Assembly (NCBI GenBank): GCA_027063325.1
Contig: JAMOSA010000233.1
Span: forward strand, 1 to 37,948
Direction of reading: 5' to 3'
Origin: Campylobacteraceae bacterium
GTDB taxonomy: Bacteria; Campylobacterota; Campylobacteria; Campylobacterales; Sulfurovaceae
DNA length: 37,948 nt
Of the stretch, positions 1-8,990 are shown piece by piece. The notes under the pieces are model-generated. The model saw nothing but the letters and a program-made list of their open reading frames with translations, searched no databases and was not told the origin of the DNA. How positions within the stretch are numbered: position 1 is the first letter of the stretch; each line of letters opens with the position of its first letter. The translations under genes and the position numbers were made by a program.

Positions 1-443
1 ATAAATTGATATAAATTATCATATAGAGTTGCTGCCCAAACTATAGCTACTATTTGATTAGTACTCTTATCTATTATAGGAACTAACATTAAATCTTTTA
101 TATCTTTATCTATAAGATTATCTATTTTTGGATTATATATAAAACTAGTAACTAAATCATTTACAATAAGAGGTTGTTTATTGTTGATAGACTCTAGTAG
201 TATAGAGTTGTCAATCTCTTTTGGTTTTATAACTCTTTTTGTATCATCATACTCAAGTATTATCTCTTCATCTTTAAATATTAGTTTTACAACATATACT
301 ACATCAGCAGGTGTAAACTCTTTAATTTTATTTCTACAATCTATAAACAACTCTTTTGTACTCTTTTCTTCTTCTAATCTCTTTTCACAATAGATTAGTA
401 TTTGTTGAAATTTATCTTCATTTAAATCAGTTATTAGCCCCAT
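1..443 (-). CDS. 5' part of a probable GAF-domain protein, running off the window edge (not in the supplied ORF track)
   Basis: ATG at 443 preceded by AAGGA. Open frame MGLITDLNEDKF...KQPLIVNDLVTSFIYNPKID...IKDLMLVPIIDKSTNQIVAIVWA to base 1; the PLIVND/LMLVPII pattern is GAF-like. Confidence 0.6.
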   Translation of the reverse strand, partial: MGLITDLNEDKFQQILIYCEKRLEEEKSTKELFIDCRNKIKEFTPADVVYVVKLIFKDEEIILEYDDTKRVIKPKEIDNSILLESINNKQPLIVNDLVTSFIYNPKIDNLIDKDIKDLMLVPIIDKSTNQIVAIVWAATLYDNLYQF

Positions 444-744
444 CCTTAAAATCCTTTTATAGGTTTCAAAATTTATTAATATTATATTACATATTTTATA
501 TGTTACTTATATATGATCCTATCATACAATAATGTATGTATTGCTTGATTTTATCATAGTAATTAAGAATAATAACTAATTTGGTTTAATAAAATTTATT
601 GATAATCTATATATCGCTATAGGATTGATTTTTAGTTAGCACTATTTCAAAAGGCTTTATCAAGCTCTTTTGGATAAAATCCGATTTGATTTCCTTTGTC
701 TTTTTGCAAAGAGATGAGTTATAAGTTATGCTCAGGAGCTGTTG

Positions 745-3120
745 ATGATAAGAGTAGTAAAGAGAAATGGGCGAATTGAAGCCCTTGATGTATCTAAGAT
801 CCAAAAATATACTGCAGCAGCAGTAGATGGATTAGATGGTGTTAGTCAAAGTGAATTAGAGGTTGATGCCAAACTCCAATTTCGTGATATGATAAGCTCA
901 CAAGAGATTCAACAGACTCTTATAAAGACTGCTGTGGACAAGATAGATATAGACAGACCCAATTGGACATTTGTAGCAGCTAGACTATTTTTGTATGATA
1001 TATACCATAAAGTGGCAGGTTTTACAGGATATAATCATTTAAGAGATTATTTTATAAAAGGTGAAAAAGAGGGTAGGATTGTACTTGGACTCAAAGATAA
1101 GTATGATTTGGATGATCTAAATGACTATATCAAGCCAGAGAGAGATTTACAATTTACCTATCTTGGAATAAGAACACTATATGATAGATACTTACTCAAA
1201 GACAAAGATGGTAAACCTATAGAGCTTCCACAACATCTCTTTATGGCTGTTGCTATGTTTTTGGCTCAAAATGAGTTTGATTCCCAAACATGGGCAAAGA
1301 AGTTTTATGATATTTTGAGTAAATTTGAAGTAATGGCAGCTACTCCTACTCTTAGTAATGCCAGAACTCCTCGTCATCAGCTTAGTAGTTGTTATATAGG
1401 TTCAACTCCGGACAATATAGAAGGTATCTTTGATGGATACAAAGAGATGGCACTACTATCAAAGTTTGGTGGTGGAATTGGATGGGATTGGAATCAGGTT
1501 CGTGGAATGGGTTCATATATAGATGGACACAAACATGCAGCTGGAGGAGTTATACCATTTTTAAAAATTGCAAATGATGTGGCAATTGCTGTTGATCAGC
1601 TTGGAACCCGCAAAGGGGCAATTGCTGTATATTTGGAGCCTTGGCATATAGATATAAGAGAGTTTTTGGATCTGAAAAAAAACAGTGGAGAAGAAAGAAG
1701 AAGAACTCATGACCTGTTTCCGGCTCTGTGGATAAATGATCTGTTTATGAGAAGAGTTCAAGAGGATTCTACCTGGACTCTTTTTGACCCTTATGAGGTA
1801 CAGGAATTGTCTCAACTGTATGGCAAAGAGTTTGAAAAGAGATATGAAGAGCTAGAAAATGATGATAATATTACCAAAGAGGTAGTATCTGCAAAGGGAC
1901 TTTGGAAAGAGGTACTTAGAAGCTACTTTGAGACTGGCAATCCGTTTTTGTGTTTTAAAGATAGTGCTAACAGAGCCAATCCAAATGGTCACAAAGGTAT
2001 AATTAGAAGTAGTAATCTTTGTACTGAAATTTTTCAAAATACATCTCCAAATCATTACAAAATCAAATTGACTTATGAAGATGGAACTATTGATTATCTG
2101 GAAGAGGATGAAGAGATAAAAGTTGATAATGGGTTGATAAAACCAGCCAAAAAGATTACAGCACTTGATTCACTAAACGGTAAGCGTATATGGATGGTAG
2201 AAAAAGAGGCGAGTGATGGTGAGACAGCAGTATGTAATTTGGCTTCAGTCAATCTATCCAAAATCAATACCCCAGAAGATATCAAAAGAGTAGTCCCTGT
2301 TGCAATTAGAATGCTCGATAATGTAATAGATCTAAATTTCTATCCACTTGCCAAAGTCAAAAAGACAAATATGAAAACAAGAGCTATTGGTCTTGGTGTA
2401 ATGGGTGAAGCTCAAATGTTAGCAGAAGCCAAAATAGAGTGGGGTAGTAGTGAACATTTGCATAAAATAGATGAAGTTATGGAATCAATCAGCTACTATG
2501 CTATAAAAGCTTCAAGCAATCTTGCTATAGAAAAGGGTTCATATCCACTATTTGAAGGTTCAGATTGGTCAAAAGGTATTTTGCCAATTGACAAAGCAAA
2601 TAAAGATGCCTGTAAATTGGTTGATAGAGGTGGATTGTTTGGTTATACCCATGATTGGATGAAGCTTAGAGAAAAAGTCAAAAAAGATGGTATGAGAAAT
2701 GGTTATCTGATGGCAATAGCACCAACAAGCTCTATATCAATACTTGTAGGCACTACTCAAGCTATTGAACCTGTATATAAGAGAAAGTGGTTTGAAGAGA
2801 ATTTGAGTGGTCTTATTCCTGTAGTTGTCCCTAATCTCTCTCCAGATACTTGGCCATATTATGTATCTAGTTATGAATTAGATCAAAGGATACTTGTTAG
2901 AGCAGCAGCTGTTAGACAAAAGTGGATAGATCAAGGACAGAGTTTAAATATATTTATATCACTTGATAAAGCAAGTGGTAGGTATCTAAATGATATATAT
3001 ATGGAAGCATGGAGATTTGGACTCAAATCTACATACTACCTCAGAAGTCAATCTCCAGAAGCTATAAAAGCAGAAGAGGGGATAGAGGACAGAAGCTTAG
3101 AGTGTGTAGGGTGTCAGTAG
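745..3120 (+). CDS. nrdA: Ribonucleoside-diphosphate reductase class Ia, alpha subunit, with N-terminal ATP cone
   Basis: VVKRNG ATP cone, ATPTLSNA, LSSC, SNLCTEI, AVCNLAS, APTSSIS, KSTYYLRS and a C-terminal CxxC. RBS CAGGAG upstream; TTG at 742 is an alternative start. Confidence 0.97.
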   Translation: MIRVVKRNGRIEALDVSKIQKYTAAAVDGLDGVSQSELEVDAKLQFRDMISSQEIQQTLIKTAVDKIDIDRPNWTFVAARLFLYDIYHKVAGFTGYNHLRDYFIKGEKEGRIVLGLKDKYDLDDLNDYIKPERDLQFTYLGIRTLYDRYLLKDKDGKPIELPQHLFMAVAMFLAQNEFDSQTWAKKFYDILSKFEVMAATPTLSNARTPRHQLSSCYIGSTPDNIEGIFDGYKEMALLSKFGGGIGWDWNQVRGMGSYIDGHKHAAGGVIPFLKIANDVAIAVDQLGTRKGAIAVYLEPWHIDIREFLDLKKNSGEERRRTHDLFPALWINDLFMRRVQEDSTWTLFDPYEVQELSQLYGKEFEKRYEELENDDNITKEVVSAKGLWKEVLRSYFETGNPFLCFKDSANRANPNGHKGIIRSSNLCTEIFQNTSPNHYKIKLTYEDGTIDYLEEDEEIKVDNGLIKPAKKITALDSLNGKRIWMVEKEASDGETAVCNLASVNLSKINTPEDIKRVVPVAIRMLDNVIDLNFYPLAKVKKTNMKTRAIGLGVMGEAQMLAEAKIEWGSSEHLHKIDEVMESISYYAIKASSNLAIEKGSYPLFEGSDWSKGILPIDKANKDACKLVDRGGLFGYTHDWMKLREKVKKDGMRNGYLMAIAPTSSISILVGTTQAIEPVYKRKWFEENLSGLIPVVVPNLSPDTWPYYVSSYELDQRILVRAAAVRQKWIDQGQSLNIFISLDKASGRYLNDIYMEAWRFGLKSTYYLRSQSPEAIKAEEGIEDRSLECVGCQ

Positions 3121-4715
3121 GATTTACAGGGTGATATAAAGTGAAACTCTCTGCCGTCAAACAACCCTTTATCACTCAACTTTATCTCCGGAATTACAAG
3201 CAGAGCCATAAATGATAGTGTCATAAATGGTGCTGATAGATTTGAACCTAACTCCTCTTTGACAAAAGAGTCAATCTCTTGGTATCTTTTGGCTACTTCA
3301 TACGCTTCAAGAGTACTCATAATACCAGCTATCTCAAGAGGTAATATATAGCTTTTGTTTTTGCCAATAGCTGCTATTGCACCTTTACTTTTTATAACCA
3401 AATTTGCTACTTCTGCCATCTCCTCATCACTACAACCTACTACTACAATATTGTGTGAATCATGTGCTACACTTGAAGCAATTGCTCCATATTTCAATCC
3501 AAAGCCACTGATATGGGCTATACCTTTTATAGGTGTATTCTCATATCTATTTATTACAGCAATCTTTAAAACATCACTACTTTTGTTTGGTGTTAAAATC
3601 TTCTCATAAGTCATTAGTTGATGATCTATAGCTTGAATAACTTCTATCTCTTTACACTCAGGTAGATAGAAATCATTGGCACTTTTTGGTGATGTATTGA
3701 AATTGTTTGGTCTATCGCTTTTGATATAAGGAAGCAGACTTTTAGATTCTTTTGCTACCAAATTACCATCTATAAATACTTTTAGTATATTAAACTCTTT
3801 TAGATTGTCTATCTCTATAAAATCTGCCCTATCACCTACTCTTAGCAATCCAACTGGTAAGTTATAGTGTTTTACAGGGTTGTATGAAGCTATCTTTAGT
3901 ATATCAAATAGATTATATCCCAATCTAAGAGATCTTTTTACAAGTTCATTTATATGACCCTTTACCAAATCATCTGGGTGTTTATCATCACTACAAAACA
4001 TAACCATATCTGTATTAGTAGCTATCAATGGGTGCAGAGCTTCAAAATTTTTGGCGGCTGATCCTTCTCGAATAAGGATTTTCATACCCAAATTTATCTT
4101 CTCTTTTGCCTCTTTTAGTGTAAAAGCTTCATGATCTGTAGATATACCTGCATCTATATATTTTTTTAGATCTTCTCCACTAAGTGCTGGTGCATGACCA
4201 TCTATTGGAACTTTTGCTCTTTTGGCTATCTCAATCTTTGTAAGCATATCTTTATCACCTGCTACAACTCCTGGAAAATTCATAACTTCACTAAGGTACC
4301 CTATACCATCTTTGGATAGAAGATACTCTATATCTTTAGGAGTCAAGGTAGCACCACTTGTCTCAAATGGTGTAGCAGGTACACAAGGAGATGCCCCAAA
4401 TAGTACTTTTAGAGGAGTCTTTGAAGCATTTGCAATCATAAATTCCACACCCTCAATACCAAGTACATTGGCAATCTCATGAGGATCTGAAACTGTGGCT
4501 ATTGTACCATGTGGTATAGCCAATCTGCTAAATTCATATGGAGGCAACATAGAGCTTTCTATATGTATATGTGCATCTACAAATCCTGGTAGTATATATG
4601 TAGAGTACTCTTTATTAGTAGGTGTTATAGATACAATAAATCCATCTTCAATCTCAATAGATGCCGGATATATATCACAAGAGTGAATATCTATCAAGTT
4701 TGCTTCTATATTCAT
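3114..4715 (-). CDS. ade: Adenine deaminase (AdeC-type amidohydrolase)
   Basis: PGFVDAHIHIESS, DPHEIANV, EVMNFPGV, DGHAP, TDHE, REGSAAKN, SDDKHP, SVAHDSHN and LALLVIPE-like motifs. Confidence 0.95.
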   Translation of the reverse strand: MNIEANLIDIHSCDIYPASIEIEDGFIVSITPTNKEYSTYILPGFVDAHIHIESSMLPPYEFSRLAIPHGTIATVSDPHEIANVLGIEGVEFMIANASKTPLKVLFGASPCVPATPFETSGATLTPKDIEYLLSKDGIGYLSEVMNFPGVVAGDKDMLTKIEIAKRAKVPIDGHAPALSGEDLKKYIDAGISTDHEAFTLKEAKEKINLGMKILIREGSAAKNFEALHPLIATNTDMVMFCSDDKHPDDLVKGHINELVKRSLRLGYNLFDILKIASYNPVKHYNLPVGLLRVGDRADFIEIDNLKEFNILKVFIDGNLVAKESKSLLPYIKSDRPNNFNTSPKSANDFYLPECKEIEVIQAIDHQLMTYEKILTPNKSSDVLKIAVINRYENTPIKGIAHISGFGLKYGAIASSVAHDSHNIVVVGCSDEEMAEVANLVIKSKGAIAAIGKNKSYILPLEIAGIMSTLEAYEVAKRYQEIDSFVKEELGSNLSAPFMTLSFMALLVIPEIKLSDKGLFDGREFHFISPCKSY

Positions 4716-5464
4716 AATAAACTCCTGTTATACTCTTTTAGTACATTCCAATTCTCTTTAAATTTTGCAATTTTAGAGATGTTTATATTTTTACACTCAT
4801 CATCACTTAATTTGTCAGCCCAATACATAGGTATAATATAACATATTCCAACCTGCTTATCCACAGCAACATATATATCACAATCTTTTGATGTGATCCT
4901 TTTTCCTATATTTCTTTGATGATGATGATCAATTCCTTGACCACCTCTGTTTCTATCTTTGAAACTTATTGTATTGCCTGTAGAAATGCCTTTGATTTGA
5001 ATACGCAAAAGTTTACCTTCAAAATCTACAATTGCATCATAACGGCTACTTCTAACATCTACACTACTTGCATTAAATCCAGCAAGTATTGCTCGTGCTA
5101 CAAAAATAAACTCTGCACTATCTCCAGCATTTGCAGTCATTATTCCACTGTCTATATGGTTGATGTTTGTACTCCAACCATTATTTAAAGCAATATATAG
5201 AGATTTTTGAAGTATTTTTTTGAGATCTGTTTTAATAAATTCAAATTCTTTGATAAGCAGATCATCATCTAAGTAGTTTTTAATTATCTCTATATTTTTA
5301 TCTGCTAATTCTAAAAGATCTACTTTATTAGCAATGTCTTTAAAAAAAACTGATAAATAATATCTTTTTAGATCACTCTCTTTAAGATCAAACTTTTGTG
5401 CAATCTCTTTTATGCACTTTTTCTTAAAGCCACATTTTTTGAGTTCATTGATAAATTTGCACAT
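4712..5464 (-). CDS. Putative type II restriction endonuclease, PD-(D/E)XK family
   Basis: AGDSAE...SSRYDAIVD...RIQIKG catalytic pattern; lies immediately downstream of, and overlaps, a C5 methyltransferase. Confidence 0.75.
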   Translation of the reverse strand: MCKFINELKKCGFKKKCIKEIAQKFDLKESDLKRYYLSVFFKDIANKVDLLELADKNIEIIKNYLDDDLLIKEFEFIKTDLKKILQKSLYIALNNGWSTNINHIDSGIMTANAGDSAEFIFVARAILAGFNASSVDVRSSRYDAIVDFEGKLLRIQIKGISTGNTISFKDRNRGGQGIDHHHQRNIGKRITSKDCDIYVAVDKQVGICYIIPMYWADKLSDDECKNINISKIAKFKENWNVLKEYNRSLL

Positions 5465-6381
5465 TCAAAAGCCTTTAGTATCTCTTTTGCAATAGCTTCA
5501 ATAACAGGTACAGTAACAGAGTTGCCAATCTGTTTATATCTATGAGACAAAGCTAAATCTTCTGGAAAAATTATCTCATCAAAACCTTGAAACTTTGCAC
5601 ACTCATCAGGTGTTAATTTTCTAATATCTTTACTATCTATTATAAGTGGTACATTGTGTCCACCAGTTCCCATATTTGCTGTAAGAGTAGGGCAGAGATT
5701 AGATTTGTTTTCTCTTACATAAACACGCCTCCATTGATATATAGTATCTCTGTTTTTCATCTCTTCTTTTAACTGTTTGTAATATTTACTGTTGTGATAA
5801 TAAAATCTATCTTCAGCAGTAGGTTCTATAATATCGTGTATAGTTTGAATAATTTTTTTTGGTTTTGGAAAATTAAAGCTATCAAAAGCTTTCTTGTTCT
5901 TAAAAGCAACTATATATATTCTCTCTCTATTTTGTGGTAGATAATCGCAACTGTTTATTACTTTGTCTTTTATATAATATCCACGATCTTCAAGGCTTTT
6001 TTTGATAACTTTAAAAGTATTTCCTTTATCGTGACTTTTTAGATTTTTTACATTTTCCAAAAATACCACTTGAGGTTCTATTGCATCTATAAATCTTAAA
6101 ATTTCAAAATATACATTACCACGATCATCATCAAAGCCTTTTTGATAACCAGCAATTGAAAAGGCTTGACAGGGAAATCCGGCAGTTAAAACATCTACCT
6201 TTTCAACTTCTTTTTCATTCAACTCTTTTATATCACACTCATATAGTGTATGCTGATAATTTAACCTATATGTTTTACAGGCATTTTTATCTATCTCATT
6301 AGCCCAAAGTATCTCAAAACCTGCCTTTTTAAATCCAAGTTCTATTCCGCCAATTCCCGCAAAAAGACCAGCAACAGTCAT
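5410..6381 (-). CDS. DNA (cytosine-5)-methyltransferase, M.Bsp6I-like (GCNGC group)
   Basis: FAGIGG, GFPCQ, ENV, QNRER and YKQIGNSV motifs. TRD YQWRRVYVRENKSNLCPTLTANMGTGGHNVP closely resembles M.Bsp6I as I recall it. Confidence 0.92.
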   Translation of the reverse strand: MTVAGLFAGIGGIELGFKKAGFEILWANEIDKNACKTYRLNYQHTLYECDIKELNEKEVEKVDVLTAGFPCQAFSIAGYQKGFDDDRGNVYFEILRFIDAIEPQVVFLENVKNLKSHDKGNTFKVIKKSLEDRGYYIKDKVINSCDYLPQNRERIYIVAFKNKKAFDSFNFPKPKKIIQTIHDIIEPTAEDRFYYHNSKYYKQLKEEMKNRDTIYQWRRVYVRENKSNLCPTLTANMGTGGHNVPLIIDSKDIRKLTPDECAKFQGFDEIIFPEDLALSHRYKQIGNSVTVPVIEAIAKEILKAFECANLSMNSKNVALRKSA

Positions 6382-6414
6382 ATCAAACTCCCATCTTTAT
6401 ACCAAAGTAGTATT

Positions 6415-6882
6415 CTATTTTGGAAACTCATCCAAAAGTCTTGTCTCAGACATAGATTCGGTTCTTATCTTTAGTGTCTCCATTTTATCTGTTAAAGCTT
6501 TGGATATTCTTTTGACTTCATCGTAATACGCTTTTGCTTTGTCCAAATCTTCATCTGCTATTCTATGATGATGTATAAATTTACTCAAAAGACCTCTGTT
6601 GTGTTTATTGTAAAGCTCCATTATTTTATTGTTTTCATCATGCCATGCTTTGTGTAGTTTTTCAAGTTCATAAAATAGTTCATGACCAAAAAAATATATT
6701 ATCCACTTCTCATTTGTATATAGCCACTTTCCAAATTTACACTCAGTAGCATTAATCTCTATCTGTTTTGGATCAAAATCACTCTTTATTCCATATGCTA
6801 TAAATCTACTCATCCACAGTAGATAGTTATGTGCGTCCATTGCCTCTTCAATCTGTGCTACCAACTCCGCTTTTTTTCCCAT
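6415..6882 (-). CDS. Stand-alone CZB (chemoreceptor zinc-binding) domain protein
   Basis: AH..LW, ECKFGKWLY and LHKAWH give the His/Cys/His/His zinc-ligand pattern. Confidence 0.8.
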   Translation of the reverse strand: MGKKAELVAQIEEAMDAHNYLLWMSRFIAYGIKSDFDPKQIEINATECKFGKWLYTNEKWIIYFFGHELFYELEKLHKAWHDENNKIMELYNKHNRGLLSKFIHHHRIADEDLDKAKAYYDEVKRISKALTDKMETLKIRTESMSETRLLDEFPK

Positions 6883-6975
6883 TGTTTATTCCTCTATTTA
6901 TAAAAAGTAGTATAATTATATTGCATTGACTTCTTAGTGAGTCATATTAGCATATTTTATCAAAAAGGTTTTATA

Positions 6976-7539
6976 ATGACGCGACCTGTACCAATAGATG
7001 AAGAGATAATTCTTGATCCCAAAAGGTATATAGTGAGCAAGACAGATCCAAAAGGGGTCATAGAGTATGGTAATGATTATTTTGTGGAGATTAGTGGATA
7101 TACAGAGACAGAGTTGATAGGAACACCACACAATATTATTAGACACCCTGATATGCCAAAGATTGTCTTTAAGATGATGTGGGATCGAATCAAAAACAGA
7201 CAAAATATAATGGCAGTAGTAAAAAATCTTGCAAAAGATGGTAGATACTATTGGGTTGTAACAGAATTTGAAACAAAAGTTGATCCAATAACTAATGAGA
7301 TAGTAGGATATACTGCATTTAGAAAAGCAGCTCCAAGAGAAGCTATAGAGGCTATTGAACCACTCTATAAAAAACTTGTAGAGATAGAAAAAGTTGGAGG
7401 AATGGAGGCTTCTGAGAAGTATCTAAGAGGGATATTCGAAGAAAAAAGAGTAAGTTATGATGAGTATATCAATGATATAGTAGGTAATAAAGGTATATTC
7501 AAAGCCTTTTTCAAAATTATGAAAAAGATGTTTGGATAG
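6976..7539 (+). CDS. Stand-alone Aer/CetB-like PAS domain protein
   Basis: IVSKTDPKGVIEYGNDYFVEISGY, PHNIIRHPDMP and KNLAKDGRYYWV motifs. ATG at 6976 follows AAAGG, so it is preferred to the 6937 start. Confidence 0.88.
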   Translation: MTRPVPIDEEIILDPKRYIVSKTDPKGVIEYGNDYFVEISGYTETELIGTPHNIIRHPDMPKIVFKMMWDRIKNRQNIMAVVKNLAKDGRYYWVVTEFETKVDPITNEIVGYTAFRKAAPREAIEAIEPLYKKLVEIEKVGGMEASEKYLRGIFEEKRVSYDEYINDIVGNKGIFKAFFKIMKKMFG

Positions 7540-7544
7540 TATAG

Positions 7545-8306
7545 ATGAACAAAAGTATTCGTAGATATAAAGTAGTAGATACCAGTGATGGTTCTGCTAC
7601 TTTATACTCCAAAGAGTTTGATGAGTGTTATCACTCTACAAAAGATGGAGCATTGAGTGAATCACTATACAAACATATAATACCAGCTTTTAATTTGGTT
7701 GGAGATAGAGATAAATTAGTAATACTTGATATATGTTTTGGGCTAGGTTACAATACCTTAGCAACACTCTATTATATAAAAGAGCATAATATAGATATAG
7801 AAGTGGAGATAGTATCTCCGGAGATGGATAGAGAATTGGTAGCTTTGTTATCTAACTTTGATTATCCAAAAGAGTTTGAATATTTACAAGATACTATAGA
7901 CTCTTTGGCAAAATATGGAAAATATGAAAATAATAGATACAAAATAGATATACACTTTGCAGATGCACGCCAAATTTTGCCAAAATTGTCTCAAAAATTT
8001 GATATAGTCTATCAAGATGCTTTTAGTCCCAAAAAAAATCCTCTGCTTTGGACAAAAGAGTACTTTAAAGATGTAGCAAATCTCATAAAACCAGATGGTA
8101 TTATTACTACCTATTCAAGTGCAACACCAGTTAGAATGAGTCTTTATGAGAATGGATTTAATATATACACACATCCAAAAGGGAGTGTTAGAGAGGGTAC
8201 AATAGCCTCTTTTGCTACACTAAATCTACCTGCTGTTGATATGGAATTAAAAAAACAGAGAAATCCTCAAGCCAATGCACTCTTTGATAGTGAATTTATA
8301 TACTGA
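7545..8306 (+). CDS. mnmD: tRNA mnm5s2U34 methyltransferase (stand-alone MnmC methyltransferase domain)
   Basis: TSDGSATLYS, YHS..GAL.ES, ICFGLGYN, QDAFSPKKNP.LWT and TTYS motifs. Confidence 0.88.
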   Translation: MNKSIRRYKVVDTSDGSATLYSKEFDECYHSTKDGALSESLYKHIIPAFNLVGDRDKLVILDICFGLGYNTLATLYYIKEHNIDIEVEIVSPEMDRELVALLSNFDYPKEFEYLQDTIDSLAKYGKYENNRYKIDIHFADARQILPKLSQKFDIVYQDAFSPKKNPLLWTKEYFKDVANLIKPDGIITTYSSATPVRMSLYENGFNIYTHPKGSVREGTIASFATLNLPAVDMELKKQRNPQANALFDSEFIY

Positions 8307-8748
8307 TCTTACGCACATTTCAATCTTTGCGACTTATTGTATGCAATTTTGTTAGCTTTTATTAACAATTTCATTTTTAAAGCAAAGTGATTTAGATAAT
8401 GGCTACTATAAACTCTTTATTTTTGTTTGCAATATATTCAGAATTTTCAGTGGATGCAAACCATATATCCATTAATACATATTTAAACTTTAAATTATTA
8501 GCTATTACTACATAAAATATATCTTTTGATGTAAACTCACTATTTTTTAAAAATCTTGTAATTTGATCGTGACTTACTTCATTATCTAAATGTCGCTGTT
8601 GCATAACCAAATTGACTTATTAGAAAATCTGTATATAAATCAATGTACTCATTTGTTTTTCTTGCTTTCTCTTCTGGTTTTTTTGCAATCTAGCTCTCCA
8701 TTAAATCTTTCTTATTATAGCTTAACTTTTGCTTATATGTAAGGTCAG
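8303..8748 (-). pseudogene. Internally deleted IS701-like (DDE) transposase remnant 1, both termini present
   Basis: Frameshifted blocks IDLYTDFLISQFGYATAT / LDNEVSHDQITRFL / FKYVLMDIWFASTEN / LNHFALKMKLLIKANKIAY...CA*. Ends are CTGATCTTACGCA and a decayed TATGTAAGGTCAG (8736-8748). Confidence 0.8.
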
Positions 8749-8767
8749 CTGATAAATTATAGCGACA

Positions 8768-8829
8768 ATATAACTACCGACTTTACCGATATGTTTACCT
8801 GTTCGGTGCTAGGTTTTGTTTTGTTAGAT
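8768..8829 (-). other. Decayed integron attC-like recombination site
   Basis: Minus strand: ATCTAAC-AAAAC(AAAAC)-CTAGCACC-GA...TC-GGTAAAG-TCGGTA-GTTATAT. The R'' box contains the endonuclease stop codon, and spacers are the canonical 5 and 6 nt once one AAAAC copy is removed. Confidence 0.55.
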
Positions 8830-8987
8830 GTACTTTTCAAAAGGTTTAACAAATGCTTTAAAATATTGCAAACATGTTTGTCAAATGGTTCTCCTACTGT
8901 ATGACCTGAAAGTGTTTCTGATATTGGTTTTGGAATTTTTGTTCCAATTAACTCTTTAACTAATTTATCATATATTGTTTGTTCCAT
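8824..8987 (-). pseudogene. HincII-type restriction endonuclease with a large internal deletion
   Basis: N-terminus IYDKLVKELIGTKIPKPISETLSGHTVGEPFDKHV resembles the R.HincII start. It is fused out of frame to FVKPFEKYI*, which resembles the R.HincII C-terminus. Confidence 0.8.
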
Positions 8988-8990
8988 AAC

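Noticed and set aside
545-557. FNR/Crp-like box upstream of nrdA (TTGATTTTATCAT)
   Set aside because: The spacer is 3 nt rather than 4, with a mismatch, in very AT-rich DNA.
2020-2235. Active intein in NrdA
   Set aside because: Too short, and lacks the N-terminal Cys/Ser block, TxxH and the terminal His-Asn.
742-3120. Absence of an adjacent nrdB
   Set aside because: Separation of nrdA and nrdB is usual in Campylobacterota.
8304-8306. mnmD TGA as a selenocysteine codon
   Set aside because: The protein is already complete, the TGA lies within the IS inverted repeat, and no SECIS-like hairpin follows.
8392-8610. 72-aa ORF as a functional gene
   Set aside because: It is a fusion of two non-adjacent transposase blocks inside IS remnant 1.
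8757-8987. 76-aa ORF as a real small protein
   Set aside because: It is the frameshifted read-through of the deleted endonuclease across the attC-like site.
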